A stretch of DNA of 64,000 nucleotides from Spironucleus salmonicida (lineage: Eukaryota), in the NCBI RefSeq assembly GCF_000497125.1, contig NC_090601.1, forward strand, positions 1,116,001-1,180,000. The letters are read 5' to 3'. The notes beneath the pieces are model-generated. The model worked only from the letters and a program-made list of their open reading frames with translations. It was not told the DNA's origin and did no database searches. A program made the translations under genes and the position numbers. Each line of letters opens with the position of its first letter. Position 1 is the stretch's first letter. Shown piece by piece: positions 51,371 through 64,000 of the stretch.

Positions 51371-51862
51371 ATGATAGAGAGACTACCTACGCTAAATAAC
51401 AGATTAGCAACACACCCTAAGACTAAAGTGAATGCCCTAAAATCATCTCGTACACAATAATCCTAGAAATTATTTGAAAAAGTCACACTAGCTTCTCTTT
51501 CATTGAATGATAATATTTTTATTGATAACTTAGATAGTGAACTTTGTGCTATTGAATAAGAGTTACCTGATTTATCACTTAGTACTGATTGTGATGATGG
51601 CCAATTTTTCCACCAAATTTGCATGCAAGCAAAGCTGAAAATGTAAATTAAGCTGACCATTTAAGACTTAAAATAGACAATATGTAAGGATAAAAAATTC
51701 TAAGATTTGATCGCTCTATAAAGATAGTAGATATGTTAAATTCTTATAATATAGAAAGCATTTTTTGACGCACATGGCTATTCAGCTATCTTTCACAAAA
51801 ATGAATACCTTTCAAAAATTGATTACTAACAGTATTTTAAAAAATTTATTACTCAATTTTGA
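51371..51862 (+). CDS. Hypothetical protein, 163 aa
   Basis: Code-6 ORF MIERLPTLNNRL...KKFITQF*. Confidence 0.55.
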
Positions 51863-54156
51863 ATTGATGTACTAAATTACTTCAGCAGATTACACATATT
51901 TAGATGATTTATAAGGTTAAACTTATTACTGTAGTGTTTATAGTATGTTCATAATGATAAATTAGTGTGTGTAAAATTGACTACAATCAAAGGCAAAAAT
52001 TATATAAGATACTACTTATAGAGTCGCTATACGGTAAATAATAACTAATAAGTTAAAATTATTAATTAAGACTGATTGGTCAAATTTGATTATATGTGCA
52101 TTTAGTTTTGCATCCATTAATTATACTAATAGCCAAAAGATATAGATATGAGCAATATTTCTTTTAATTTTATTCGATAACCTTATAAAATATTTATATA
52201 AGTATAAATGATAATATTAATTATATCATGTTTTTAGATCCCATTATATAATTTTATTTATATATTAGATTTTTAATATATTCTCATTTTTTAAAAATCA
52301 TCAAGTAATCAGAGAATAATACACTTTACCAATGTTACTGTTAACACATTGTTCAACGAAAATAATGGTTATTAACTCATCTACCTAATAACTATCATTT
52401 ATAGAGACTATTGAATTATATACAATATTAAGCACTGACTTTGATGAAAGTTCATTTTTCTTATTGTTATAAATATAGCTGAATATAAAAATAAAATTAA
52501 CCATGTTGTAAATCAACGAAACAATACTTAAAAATTTAAGTTCCCTCTATAACTGAACCAATAAGCATAATAGATCAATTAATTATTAAAACTTAACAAT
52601 AATTTTTCAAATAACCTAGAAATTTGATAACTTATCATTAAATAAAATAATTTACTTTACTAGAAAGTTGAATGAATATGTCCAAATAGTGATATATAGT
52701 ATTATATCTTATACTAATCAATTAATTTTACACTACATTTCTACATAATATTCAATGAGTATTATAAATTTTGTTAAAAATATGCGCATATTTTATTACT
52801 TGATGATTTTATAAAATTTCAATATAAGACATGCTTATATTTCAAAACCTAATTATTAAATGTGGTTTATGTATATGTGACATCATACCTAATATAACAA
52901 TACAATACAGATAATTTCAGTTTAATGATAATTAATATTATTTCACTACTTCCTTTATCGTATTCCTCTTTTAAATAATATACCTTTCATAGGAAAACAT
53001 TCCTATCCAACTAAAATACCCAATAAAACTGTTCCACCATCCATCTCTATGCATGCATACAGTTTATCAGCACAAGATACAAACAGAAATTTAGAATCAT
53101 ATTCACCTAGATTTTTACCATACACATTTTATGCATGAATTAGCATATTAAATTATTCCCTGTTAATAGTAATTTATCTTATAATATGGCGGCTAGTAAA
53201 CAGCAGAAATCGATTACTCTGTATCTTTTACATATTAGGTTAGGTTCAAGTTTTTGAGTATATATAATATATAGATATTATACATACAATTTTATAGAAT
53301 AGTTACAAACCTAAACAATTTTTTTTAACAATAAAATGGATCCATAGATAAAACTTTTTTTTCGCAGATATTATATGCAACGATTGCAAAATTTACAGTA
53401 TTGAATGAAATGAGTTTAAATGATGCATTATATCATTTTAATTAGTTTATTGATTGATTATTTAATGTCAAGTAGGCAAAAGAAAAATTGAATTTCCAAT
53501 TAATACATCAATAGAAATAACAAATTATTAAGTCACAGATATCCATTTCAATCAATATGCTCCGCAGCCACTTTCTATATAATGAAATTTTACTATTCAA
53601 CATTTAGTTTATTAAGGCTAATTTAACCTGAATACATCCTATTTTAACTTTATCCTATAATTATTACAAGCATTCAGTTCAGTTACCATTAATTTATATC
53701 ATATCTATATGTTGTTTCCGCTATATTATTATATAATTTTACTATTAATTTATATATTCCTACTTAATACCTACACCATATATTGCCAGCGCTAGTATTA
53801 ACTTACCTCGCGTCTCTATTCATGAATTTAACGTAAATTCTAATTAAACCTTCCAATCCCACTTATTAAATACCAAAATTCCAGCTTTTAACTATCTAGA
53901 ACCTCGCTTGCTACTGCTGGAAAATTTAACTACATATTATCTTGAGCCCTTCTTACTATCACATCTAACCATTGGCTCAAAAGCTGTTCGCTCCTTCATC
54001 GCTTTTGTCCCCAATACACCCAAAATATCAATTTAAACTAATTTTTTCACTCCAAATCATCATTATTAGCTACGCAGCCTATTTGCCCCTATCTAGTCTG
54101 CCTGCGAATAATAGCAACCACACCCATTCAATCAGTAGACCAGAAACTCAATCCCC

Positions 54157-54432
<276 letters not shown>

Positions 54433-54543
54433 CCCCCCTCCCTCCCCAACTCGGCTCGCACTGAACTTCACCCTTCCAATTTCTGACTAAATTTCCATTT
54501 CTCCAAATCACGTTAGTCCATTTTTCTCAAAAAAGTAAAAATT

Positions 54544-54612
54544 AAAAATAAATAAAATAAAAATAAAATAAAAATAAAATAAAAATAAATAAAATAAAAT
54601 AAAAAAATAAAA
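54544..54612 (+). repeat. Imperfect (AAAAT)n tract
   Basis: Direct reading. Confidence 0.85.
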
Positions 54613-54660
54613 TTAAAATTTCAATGTCAATTCAATTTCAACTTTCCACTCCAAAAACCC

Positions 54661-55902
54661 TCACTCGTAATCCTCCATATCCAGCGCAAAAAAGTCGTCT
54701 TCGTAGTCTTAGCTGACCTCTAAATCGGCCAGGACGTTCTGCTCCCTCTTGACGTTTTTGAGGGCCAGGAGCCGCTGCGCGTCGACGCGTTTGAGGACGC
54801 TTTTGAGCTCCTTTCTGGGCTTGTTGGAGCCGTAGAATTCTCCGTTTTGGCCCAAAAGTACGGTATTTTCCCGGACGTTCAGGTCGTCGGCGTGCACGAA
54901 ATTCTCGAAAAACGCGAGGGGGACCTGGCTGTAAACGGTCTTCGCGAGGTGCATTTTGAGCTGAAACTGGAAAATTCTGGTGAAAAACTGCCTGCAGATG
55001 TAGAAGAGGCCCTCGGGCTTCAAAAGGGGCGTTTGGGCGTCGAATTCGGCGCGCAAATCGGCTAGGCTGATTTTGTTTTGTAAGAATTCCAAATTGCAAC
55101 TTTGGGTATATTATATGATATTATTGATAAATATATCAATTTCATTTTTCTACGGTAAACTTGAAACTTTCTCAAAATTAAGTAATTATATTAATGTTTT
55201 TATTCGCTCCACTTTCACGTCTTCGCTGTCGCTTTTGATCTGTCTCAAAAATTGACTGGCGGCCTCGATTTGGCCCAAATTTGCGTGCAGGACGCCCAAA
55301 ATCAGGTACATTTCAGGCTGAATTTCGAGCGTTTTCTGCAGCAAAAATAGCTGATTTCGCTGTTTTTTGTAGAATTCGAACGCCTCGAAAAGCTTGAAAT
55401 CGGCCAGAAAGTGCTGCAAAACGGCCTAAAACAGCACCAGGAACAGCTGGTTCGGCTGCGTCGACGAGATGCTGAAGTACTGCAAAATTATCGCCTGCAC
55501 GTTCGACGCGGCGCGCAAAACGGCGATCAGCGCCGCCCTGTCCAGCGTGTGCTGCGCGCGGCTCAGGAACAGGTACGAAACGGCGTGGAAATGGTGTTTC
55601 AGGGACGAGATTTTGACGAGCGCGATGAGCGCGATTTTGACCGAAAAATCGTCCAGGTTCGTGAGCTGCAGGTGCGCCTCGAACGTTTTCAGGTTCTGCT
55701 GCTGCAGGTCGAAATCTGGGGAGTTGGTTAACGTGATCAAAAGCGGCTAAATGAACACTAGGAGCTGGGTCGAAAGTTGGTCTTTTTGGAGCTTCTGGAT
55801 CAGGTCAGTATCTATCAGCTTGTAGATTTTGTTAACTGACGTTTCGTCTTTGATTTAGAGCGATATCTGCGCGATCAAATCGAGCGCGTTCGGCTGCGTC
55901 AT
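54661..55902 (-). CDS. Hypothetical helical protein with TPR-like segment, 413 aa
   Basis: Joins ORFs 55426-55740, 55186-55419 and 54709-55092 in one code-6 frame; PEMYLILGVLHANLGQIEAA is TPR-like. Confidence 0.75.
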
Positions 55903-55961
55903 TTTAGAGGACTGGGGAAAATAAAATCAGTATTATAATATAATAATGTGTTTTATGTAAA

Positions 55962-58901
55962 ATGGAAGTTTTGCTACCATACGTAGATTTCGAGACGCAG
56001 CGGCTGATTATGCACAAAACGATAAATCCCAGTCAGCTTTACGATCTGATCTTTGAGAACCTCCCAGAAACCTGCTTTCCGGTGCTCTACGAGCACATTT
56101 TGCTGATTTCGCAGGGCGAGCTAGGCGCACTGTGCGAGCGCAGGCCCAACTTCAGGTTCCTCCAGTCCAAACATGGCCAGAAATTCGTTTCGCAGGTCGA
56201 AACGCAGCAGTTTTACGCTACCGAATTCGCTAACTCGGCGGCGTTTGTGGGCTGCTTCGAGTACGCAAACCAGCAGATTCGGTTCAGAGACACGCCACTG
56301 ACGATGATACAGTTCGCGTTTGCGATCCAAATGCGGCAGGTCTACACGATGGACGAATTAGTGGACCTGTCAGTGCTGATGCTGCAGGACGACCAGCTCT
56401 TCCTGGCGTTGCACGCGCTTGTAGTAGAGCAGCTGAAGGGGTTGGCCGTCGAGGACCAAATTACGATCATTTTGTGCCTCTACGCGCCGCTGATTATGAA
56501 GCCGCTATCGAGCAACGTCCACATCGTATTTTTGACGGCAGGTGTGTCAGCTAGTCTGTAGGATTTGGCTTTTGACGTTCTGGTGACCTACTTCCCCCAA
56601 ATTTAGCCGTATCTGCCATTCGAAATAGCGCAAATCCTGTTAAAGGCCCTTATTGCCAATGACTAAAGTGGCATTTTTCCGGGCCTCCTGACGATGACTT
56701 CTAACAAGAAGCAGATCATCGAGGAGCTGAACGCGAAAATAGACGAAAAATAGCGCATTCAGCAGTTGGTTTCCAAGCCAAAGCTGTTCAAGGAGAGCTT
56801 CAATGGCGACTTCACTGGATTTTTCAGCGAAAACGACGTCGCACCGGAAGCAAAATTCGATATCCTTTCGAGAAACTTAGATGAACTGAGCGCCTTTTTC
56901 GACTACAAAATCAGCTCCGTGGTCGTCAAAGAGGACAACGCGCTCCTGAAGGTCGTGCGACAGTGCCTGGCGGACTTCCTGCTGTCAGGCGAGGGACAAG
57001 CGGTCGAGAAGGTCGTGAACGCCATCGCGCTGAAGTGCGCCGAAAAGCTGCAGTTCGACCCAAAATCGTGTCTCTTCGTCGTCTGCGGCATCACGATGCT
57101 GAATACGCAATTCGACTTCGAGCTGCAGGGCCGGCGGCTGACCCGTTATATCAGCAGCGCCGACTTCATCAAAATGATGCACACGTCCCCCAATTTCGAC
57201 GTACAAACCCTGGATGCACCCTTCCTGGCTGGCCTCTACGCTGGCCTCAAGACGACGCCACTGGGCCTGCATCACTGCATTTTCGAGGCGTTCACGTGCA
57301 ACTTCATGACGTTCGACGCCGAGATCGCTGGTGGCTGCCCGCAGCTCTAGGAGCTCGTGCGCGTGCCGCACGCCCAGAAGGCAAACTACGCAACAGCGCA
57401 GTACTTCTGCAGGACGCGCGAGCGGCTGCAAGGCGGCGTCCCGCGCGCTGACAACGGCTTCGCGCTGGCGCCGCTGATGCTGGAGCACGCGCTGGCGGCC
57501 GTGGGCGCGTCGTCAAACTTCGGGCAAATTCAGGCGCTGCTGGACGCGATTTTGGACGCTTTCGCGGGATCCGAGAGCTCGAATTTCGTGATAAACGGCG
57601 TCCTCGCGCTGCTCTCAATCTGCGGCTTCCAGAACTCCGAGATTCTGGCGCTTTCGGACGCCTCCCAGATCGCGCAAATGGCCGCTGCTGCGAAATTGAA
57701 TCGAAAACAAATTCAGATTTTCGCTTCTATTTTGAAAATTTTGCCCGCCGTCATTCCCCATTTTAACGATTCTGAGCTGGATCAGGTGCTCTACAATTTG
57801 CTGATTTTGGACGCGCTGCGGCTGTCGGATTTCGGCTCCAGCCAGCCGTTTCTGGCGCTGCAGCCGCTGCTGCGCGCGGGCGATTTCGCGGTTTTCGCTG
57901 CGATTTTCGCGCGTTTCAGACCGTTTCTGGCCGCGAAAACGATCGAAATCGTCGATTTCACGAACTTGAAGTACCTGCTTTTCACGCAAATCGGGCCCAA
58001 AACGCAGCGCGTGCCGGCGTCCAAGGAGGTGCTCAAGGTGGCCGTTTTGCAGCCGTTCCAGTACGCGACAAACTTGGCGATAACGCGTATTTTGAGCTGG
58101 TTTCTGGGCGAGAAAAGCGCCAAAACGAGCGTTCTGCTGAGCGAAATCTGCGCCTGCAGGGACCTCGTCTGGGCGCGCCTGCAGCCGGGCCAGATCGTGA
58201 AGATAGAGCGCGCGTTCCGGGTCTAGCAGCAGCCGTTTTTGGAGGTTTTTCAGGGAATGAAAAGTCAAATTGTGCTGAATGGCGCGTTTGCAGTCACGCT
58301 GAAGGAGGCGTACTAGTTTTTGGAGGCCCAGGAGCCCGTGGAGTTCAGCGCGCAGGAGTTCCTTCAGCTCGTTCTGCGCCTGCGCGAGAACGCGCGATAC
58401 CGGCAGATTTGGCTCCCTTTCGTGCCGAAGTTTTTCGTGTTCTCGCAGCAGAAGCTCAAGGACTGTGAGAGCGCGATTGTAGAGGATCTGGTGGCTAGGA
58501 CCGACCTGGCTGGGTTTGCGTTCTTTTTGGAGGATGTGCAGAATCTGTCTACGCTGATTCTGCTGTACAAGATGCTTACCGGGCTCGAACTTGACTTTTT
58601 GCTGCTCAAAAAGAGCATTGCGGATTTTGTTATATCAGTTAAAACGGTTGGAATCGTGCAATTGGCAGAAAATCTGGACAGCGAAAAGGTCAGGATTGCA
58701 GTTTCTGAGCTTGTAGTGCTGCAGGAGAGGCTGACGCTAAACGATGTTTTGGGCGCAGTTTTGGTAAGAAATTTAGCGGTGTCAAACGAGATTGATTTTG
58801 GTGTTAAAATAGGCATCTAGGAGTTCACTATCGGAATTTTATGTGTTGTGCTAGGAGTAGAGCTGAAATCTTAGTTTTCTTGGTTCTCGTAGAGTAAGTG
58901 A
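55962..58901 (+). CDS. Sec7-domain ARF guanine-nucleotide exchange factor, 979 aa
   Basis: VRQCLADFLLSGEGQAVEKVV (catalytic Glu-finger motif) and ITMLNTQ; four listed ORFs in one frame. Confidence 0.85.
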
Positions 58902-58915
58902 AGGATATGAAGTGT

Positions 58916-59335
58916 TCACTCATTTTTGTTCAATTTAGTAACTTCTTCAAGCTCTGATTGCACTCTCTTTAACGCGTCGATTAAGTGCTTATTTTATTTT
59001 TTAAGCTGGTCGCATTCGCTCTTAGTTACAGCCCAACCTTGTATGCCGTCGGCCTTTTCAGCCTCTAAACAAGCGCACCTTTCCTTATACTGTTCAAGTT
59101 CGGCAATCTTTGCTTCAGCCTGCAAGATTTTTAACTTCAAAAATTGATCAGAGCCGTTGAACGCAGGGGGAGTGGTGAGAGTAGGGATATTTTCAATAAA
59201 CTCTTTTTTATCAGTGGAGGTAGGAGCAGGAATAGATTATGAGGAAGCTAATCTAGAATCACCTAACGAGCGACGAGATACATTTGAAGGTGATGGCTAT
59301 GCAAGGGGTTTTGTTAAAGCGAGAGAATGGTCCAT
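58916..59335 (-). CDS. Hypothetical coiled-coil protein, 139 aa
   Basis: Code-6 ORF MDHSLALTKPLAQ...TKLNKNE*. Confidence 0.65.
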
Positions 59336-59466
59336 TTAGTAGATTGAAAAGAAACGGCGGAAAAAAATTTATAATATTATATTGTTATATATAAAATTGT
59401 TACAAATAAAGTATTTGTTTATAATATGATATTTAATATTTATTAAATTAAAAACTATATTAAAAA

Positions 59467-60126
59467 ATGGAGCAGAGCATCCTAGACAGGATTGCCCTTC
59501 AAAAATAAATATTATATGGTGATACTGGAGTTTAGTGTTATTAAAATCCATAAAAAGTTGTTTATAGGATCTAAATCGAAGAAAAAAATGATCCGTTTGC
59601 AGAAAATTATGACGAATATGCATATGATTTGTAGTAGTAAAATGAATATGCTGAGGTATTAATGGAAGATTTACCTGAACCTATTCATATTCCGATTTAA
59701 TCCCCGGATATCCCAATTGAATTTGAGGAAAATAATTAAGTTAGCCACTTTATAATAGATAATGTAGATAGTTCAGAAGCCCCTAGCGAAAGTTAAATTT
59801 TAGATGTAATATATAAGCAAAAAGGACAATACTCTTATGAGAATTTTGACAAATAAGATAACCTAGATAAAGAGATAGATTAGAAAAATACTAAGTTACC
59901 AAAAGTACCAATTAAAAATCCTTCTGTTAACAAACTTACTAATGATTTTCGCTAAATATTGGTTGATTAAAAGATCATGTCATAAAAAATAGAGCCAGAC
60001 TTTAGTAATAGTTAAACTTTTATAAATAACCAGGATGTAATACATAAAATTATATTTTTAAATAACCCTAGATAGACAGATTTTATTGATGATATTTTGA
60101 ATTTGCCAGTTAGTAGACCAGAATGA
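59467..60126 (+). CDS. Hypothetical acidic low-complexity protein, 219 aa
   Basis: Code-6 ORF MEQSILDRIALQKQ...VSRPE*. Confidence 0.6.
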
Positions 60127-60260
60127 ATTATTTTCATTATACTGATATTTAGTAATAGCGATGTACGTTACTTCATTAATTATACTAGTTTGACTTACCA
60201 TGCTACATCTTATATAGACAATTAATACAAATTAAAAATATATTTATTCCACTCCTAAAA

Positions 60261-61400
60261 ATGGATCATACTGGTTTAAATTAATTCTTAATTTATCGTG
60301 ATTCATCTATCAATCATGAACTATTTGGAGCATTATCAAATTTTAGAGATTTATAGTTTGCTGCTCCTTATAAATATGAAGATTTTGAAGCTTATTCTAC
60401 TTAGTTTAGAAAAATATTTCCATATGAAAACGATTCTAAGGCTCCTTTGATAACTGACGATCCTTTATTATCTAAAAATGCTATTTTTATAATTACAAAA
60501 GACTCTTTTACAAGAACAGAGGGTGCTAATTTTGAAACACCCGATGGTGTTCTTTCTGATCCACCAATAAATTCAAACACATAATTTTTAGCACTTTTAA
60601 ACTCAAAACATTAAGTATGGTATTTGGACCTATTATCTATTTGGATATCGCGGCGTTGCCCCGTTAAAAGAAATATTTCAACTAAAGAATTAACACATTT
60701 AATTTATTAATTCAAAACTGATGATATTATTCTTTAAAAGATTTATTAATATTTTTATAATCGACCAGCTCCTCCTCCTTAATAGTTACCCCCGCCAAAT
60801 TCATAAAAGCGCGTGAGTTAACGGGTAAAAGAGATTAAAACTCTTTTAAAAGATCGTAAGATATCATCAGCACTCGATATAGGTTGCAGCGATGGATTTA
60901 TTATCTAGGCTTTAGGTTAAGAGCTGCAAATAAATGTTGTTGGAATTGACATACGGCCTCCATAGTGCAAAATTAAATTTCATGAAACCACAGGCTCCGA
61001 ATTTGTCGATGAATTAGAAGGATAGTTTGATTTAGTATGTATAATGATGACATTGCATCACGTTGAAAAATGGAAAATAATGATTAAAAATGCTTTAAAA
61101 TATTTGAAAAAAGGAGGATTTTTGTTTATACGAGACCATGATGCATTTGAAAATGATTATAAGATTTTATTAGACCTACATGATTAAGCATTTAATTCAT
61201 GTATATGGGAGACTCCAGAAAGCGATACATTTGAATTTTAGAAAAATTGTAGAAGTTGGTTTTTAAGCTATCTAGATGTTAAAGAAGAGATTTTAACATA
61301 TGATGGATTAGAAATGGTCGAAAAATTTAATTTTACTGGATAAGAGTTTGATTGGAGATGTTATGGTAGTGTGTGGTATGCTTTATTCAACAAAGAGTGA
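60261..61400 (+). CDS. Class I SAM-dependent methyltransferase, 379 aa
   Basis: ALDIGCSDG, VVGIDI, FDLVCIMMTLHHV, LKKGGFLFIRDHD. Confidence 0.88.
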
Positions 61401-61410
61401 ATTTATTCGT

Positions 61411-63999
61411 TCATTTCATAAGAGACATTAGTTTACCACACTCTAGACTGTTTAGATTTTTAATAGAGTCATAAATTTAACCCCAGTTCTTTTTACAGAT
61501 TTCATGAATTTGCGTATCATTTGAGTTAAATATTCTAACTAAAAATGAAAGTGCTTTATCAATAAGAGACTAATCTTTTTCTTATAGTAAGAAGGTTTTT
61601 AATACTTCGAATACTGGAACACCTAATACACCACAATCTTATTAGTAAATAATAAGATGCTTAAAGTTTTTTTCTTATATAATTTGTTCAAAAAGATTAA
61701 TTGAACAATTTTTTATTTTTATATTACTATATAGGGTAAGCATACCTAAGGTTAGGATAACTTTAAATGTAGGTTGACATGATACGATTGATTACACTAT
61801 TTACAATGTCTTTAGTACAAAATTCTCAAGGAATTAAATGTTTAGCGTTAAATTTTAACCATTTGATAAATATAAATTTTTCTGTGAACAAGATGATTAA
61901 TTTAAAACAGCAACTGCAGAGTATAATGCATCAATCATATTTTCAAAACATGAAACCATATAGTTTTATTATGATATTTATGAAATAGTAATAGCATGAT
62001 TAATAATACTAGATAATAAATCAATAAACGTTTCAGATTCCAATTGGTAATAAAATAAGAACTAGCCTTATAAAAATTTAAAAAATAATGGAGTACAACT
62101 TTACTCAGATATATCGTTAAGCGGCGTATTACTAAATATATTATTTAAGATTGTTAAAACAAGAGTACATAGTAAAACAGAATTAAATTATTATTTTTAT
62201 TTAATTTCTTATTAGAAAAACCTTAAAGTTCTTTACTATTTCATATTTAATAACTGATTAATAGCTTAAATAAACTAAATTGATTTTTACTCAGATAAAC
62301 ATATTAAAATTCCCATCATAAAAGAAATAAAATTATTTTATGTACATAATTTGTCAACAATTTATAGATTAAAATCATATAAAGTCACAAAAATAATTAT
62401 ATTAAATATCTTTTGCAGCATGTCTATTAAATTTATCGATTCATATGATAATATGAATTATATAAATGCATAAAGGCAATCTTATGTAGTAACAGTTGCT
62501 TGAATAACAGTACTAATTTTTTACTGGTAAAATTATATATTACTCCTTTGTTACTGCATTTAAAATGAAATTTATTGAAAAATATATTCAATGATAGATA
62601 ATTTGTTATCATAATCAATTTCAGAAATAAGAACGTTAGATAGTATTGATTCATCATAAATAAATAACTCCAAAATATCCTTTGACGTCAATATATGCAA
62701 TTTTGTATTAATCAAATAACCAATATTGTTGGATAATGGTTAAGAGAAATTCTATATTTTTAACAATAATTATTCAAATAGTTACAATAGTTCTTTGTCA
62801 TTAACTACGGAAGAAAAACTGTTTATAAAATCCTCATTAGAATCAGGATCATTTAATAGATTGATTATTAGGTTAACGTGATTAAATTACTCATGGGTTA
62901 CAATTGAATATTATGATATATACAAGATAATTTACAACACATGAGTTTTTACTAAGTTAATATTATTAGTTTAATAAAATTCGGATAGTTTTATACAGAA
63001 TTAATTGTTAATAGTTGTATCTGTGATAATATATTGATTTTAGTTGATAAGTAACGAAATTACTAGAATTGTATCTGAATTTATTGAAAGTAACTATAAA
63101 ACTTCAAACATAACAAAAATATTTAGTAGTTAGATGTTGTCAGATTGTGATTATATAGATAATAATTCGATGTCTTGTAAATTTATCGTAGCTTTTTAGC
63201 TATCGAATAAATCAAAAATAAATATCTAACCTATTGATATTAAAATTTATTATAACTATTAGATATATATCAGAGATTAGTTGCTTTTAAGTTTACTAAA
63301 TAGTTAATTAATATAAAATCCTTAGTTATTATATATATCATTTGATAAATACTCTATTAAAAAACTATAAGTTTACTACAGTTATAATTATGTATGTATA
63401 ATAATAATTACAATAGAAGTAAGTTTTTAATCTTATGATTCTAATAAACGAATTAGCAAATTTATCCATTATTAAATATCTAAAAATTACTTAATAATTT
63501 CTATATCAATAATGCTGGTTAACTAAAAGAAATGAGATAATAAATCATCTCTATTCAAAAAAATTAGATTATAAATTTGTTAATAATATTATTCAATACA
63601 TTTTAAGTTAGTAATATCAATTTATAGATTTGATAAGTAAGATTCTATTTTTTGTAAATAATTAGTATAATCATTCAACTAAAGCTTTATCAATATATAT
63701 AATAACTGCAAATCCTAAACACCAAATTCTTATTTCTCAAAAATTAGCGTAACTAATTTGACTAATAATAGATTTTCTGAGTTTTCTATAAAAATATCTT
63801 TTAATACATCCAAAAGTGATGATGTAATAATTATTTTGTGATTTTATTCATTATCTAATAGATTTATAACTAATTTTAATAAAAAATATAGGATTTCATT
63901 ATAAATTTGATATGTTTCTTCACATAGACTGAGCTGAATAAAAATTTAACATATATAACTACCCAATTTGTTACTTATAACATGTTTACTTAGTTATTT
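61411..63999 (-). CDS. Large AT-rich helical hypothetical protein, 5'-partial
   Basis: Same minus frame read open in code 6 over 61411-62700 and 63720-63999 (interval between not fully checked); stop TGA 61413-61411. Confidence 0.65.
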
Positions 64000-64000
64000 A

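Overview
This is eukaryotic, apparently intron-free, gene-dense DNA using the TAA/TAG=Gln code (translation table 6, TGA the only stop). Together with very short intergenic spacers, this points to a hexamitine diplomonad (Spironucleus/Hexamita-like; inference). The supplied standard-code ORF track therefore fragments almost every gene. Re-read in code 6, the window encodes a NEK kinase, a kinesin-2 motor, Fcf2-like, Yju2/CCDC130-like and PIN/XPG-like proteins, a stand-alone xRRM+RGG protein (5 copies), a ubiquitin-like protein and a deoxynucleoside kinase (2 copies each), tRNA-Ser(GCT), a DLEC1/CFAP74-like ciliary protein, a Sec7 ARF-GEF, a SAM methyltransferase, and several hypothetical or membrane proteins. 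The dominant feature is architectural: four gene-containing inverted-repeat (IR) systems in about 41 kb. (1) An old inverted paralog pair with patchy identical tracts. (2) A 1.88-kb GC-rich IR whose inner edge cuts through two genes with DNA-identical N-termini but anciently diverged C-termini. (3) A 1.25-kb IR whose 2.5-kb spacer occurs in both orientations within a ~6.15-kb tandem array. (4) A 2-kb-arm palindrome with a 116-bp loop. The pattern suggests ongoing arm-to-arm gene conversion (possibly GC-biased) and flip-flop inversion. Assembly artefact cannot be excluded for the tandem array. All translations and alignments were done by eye.
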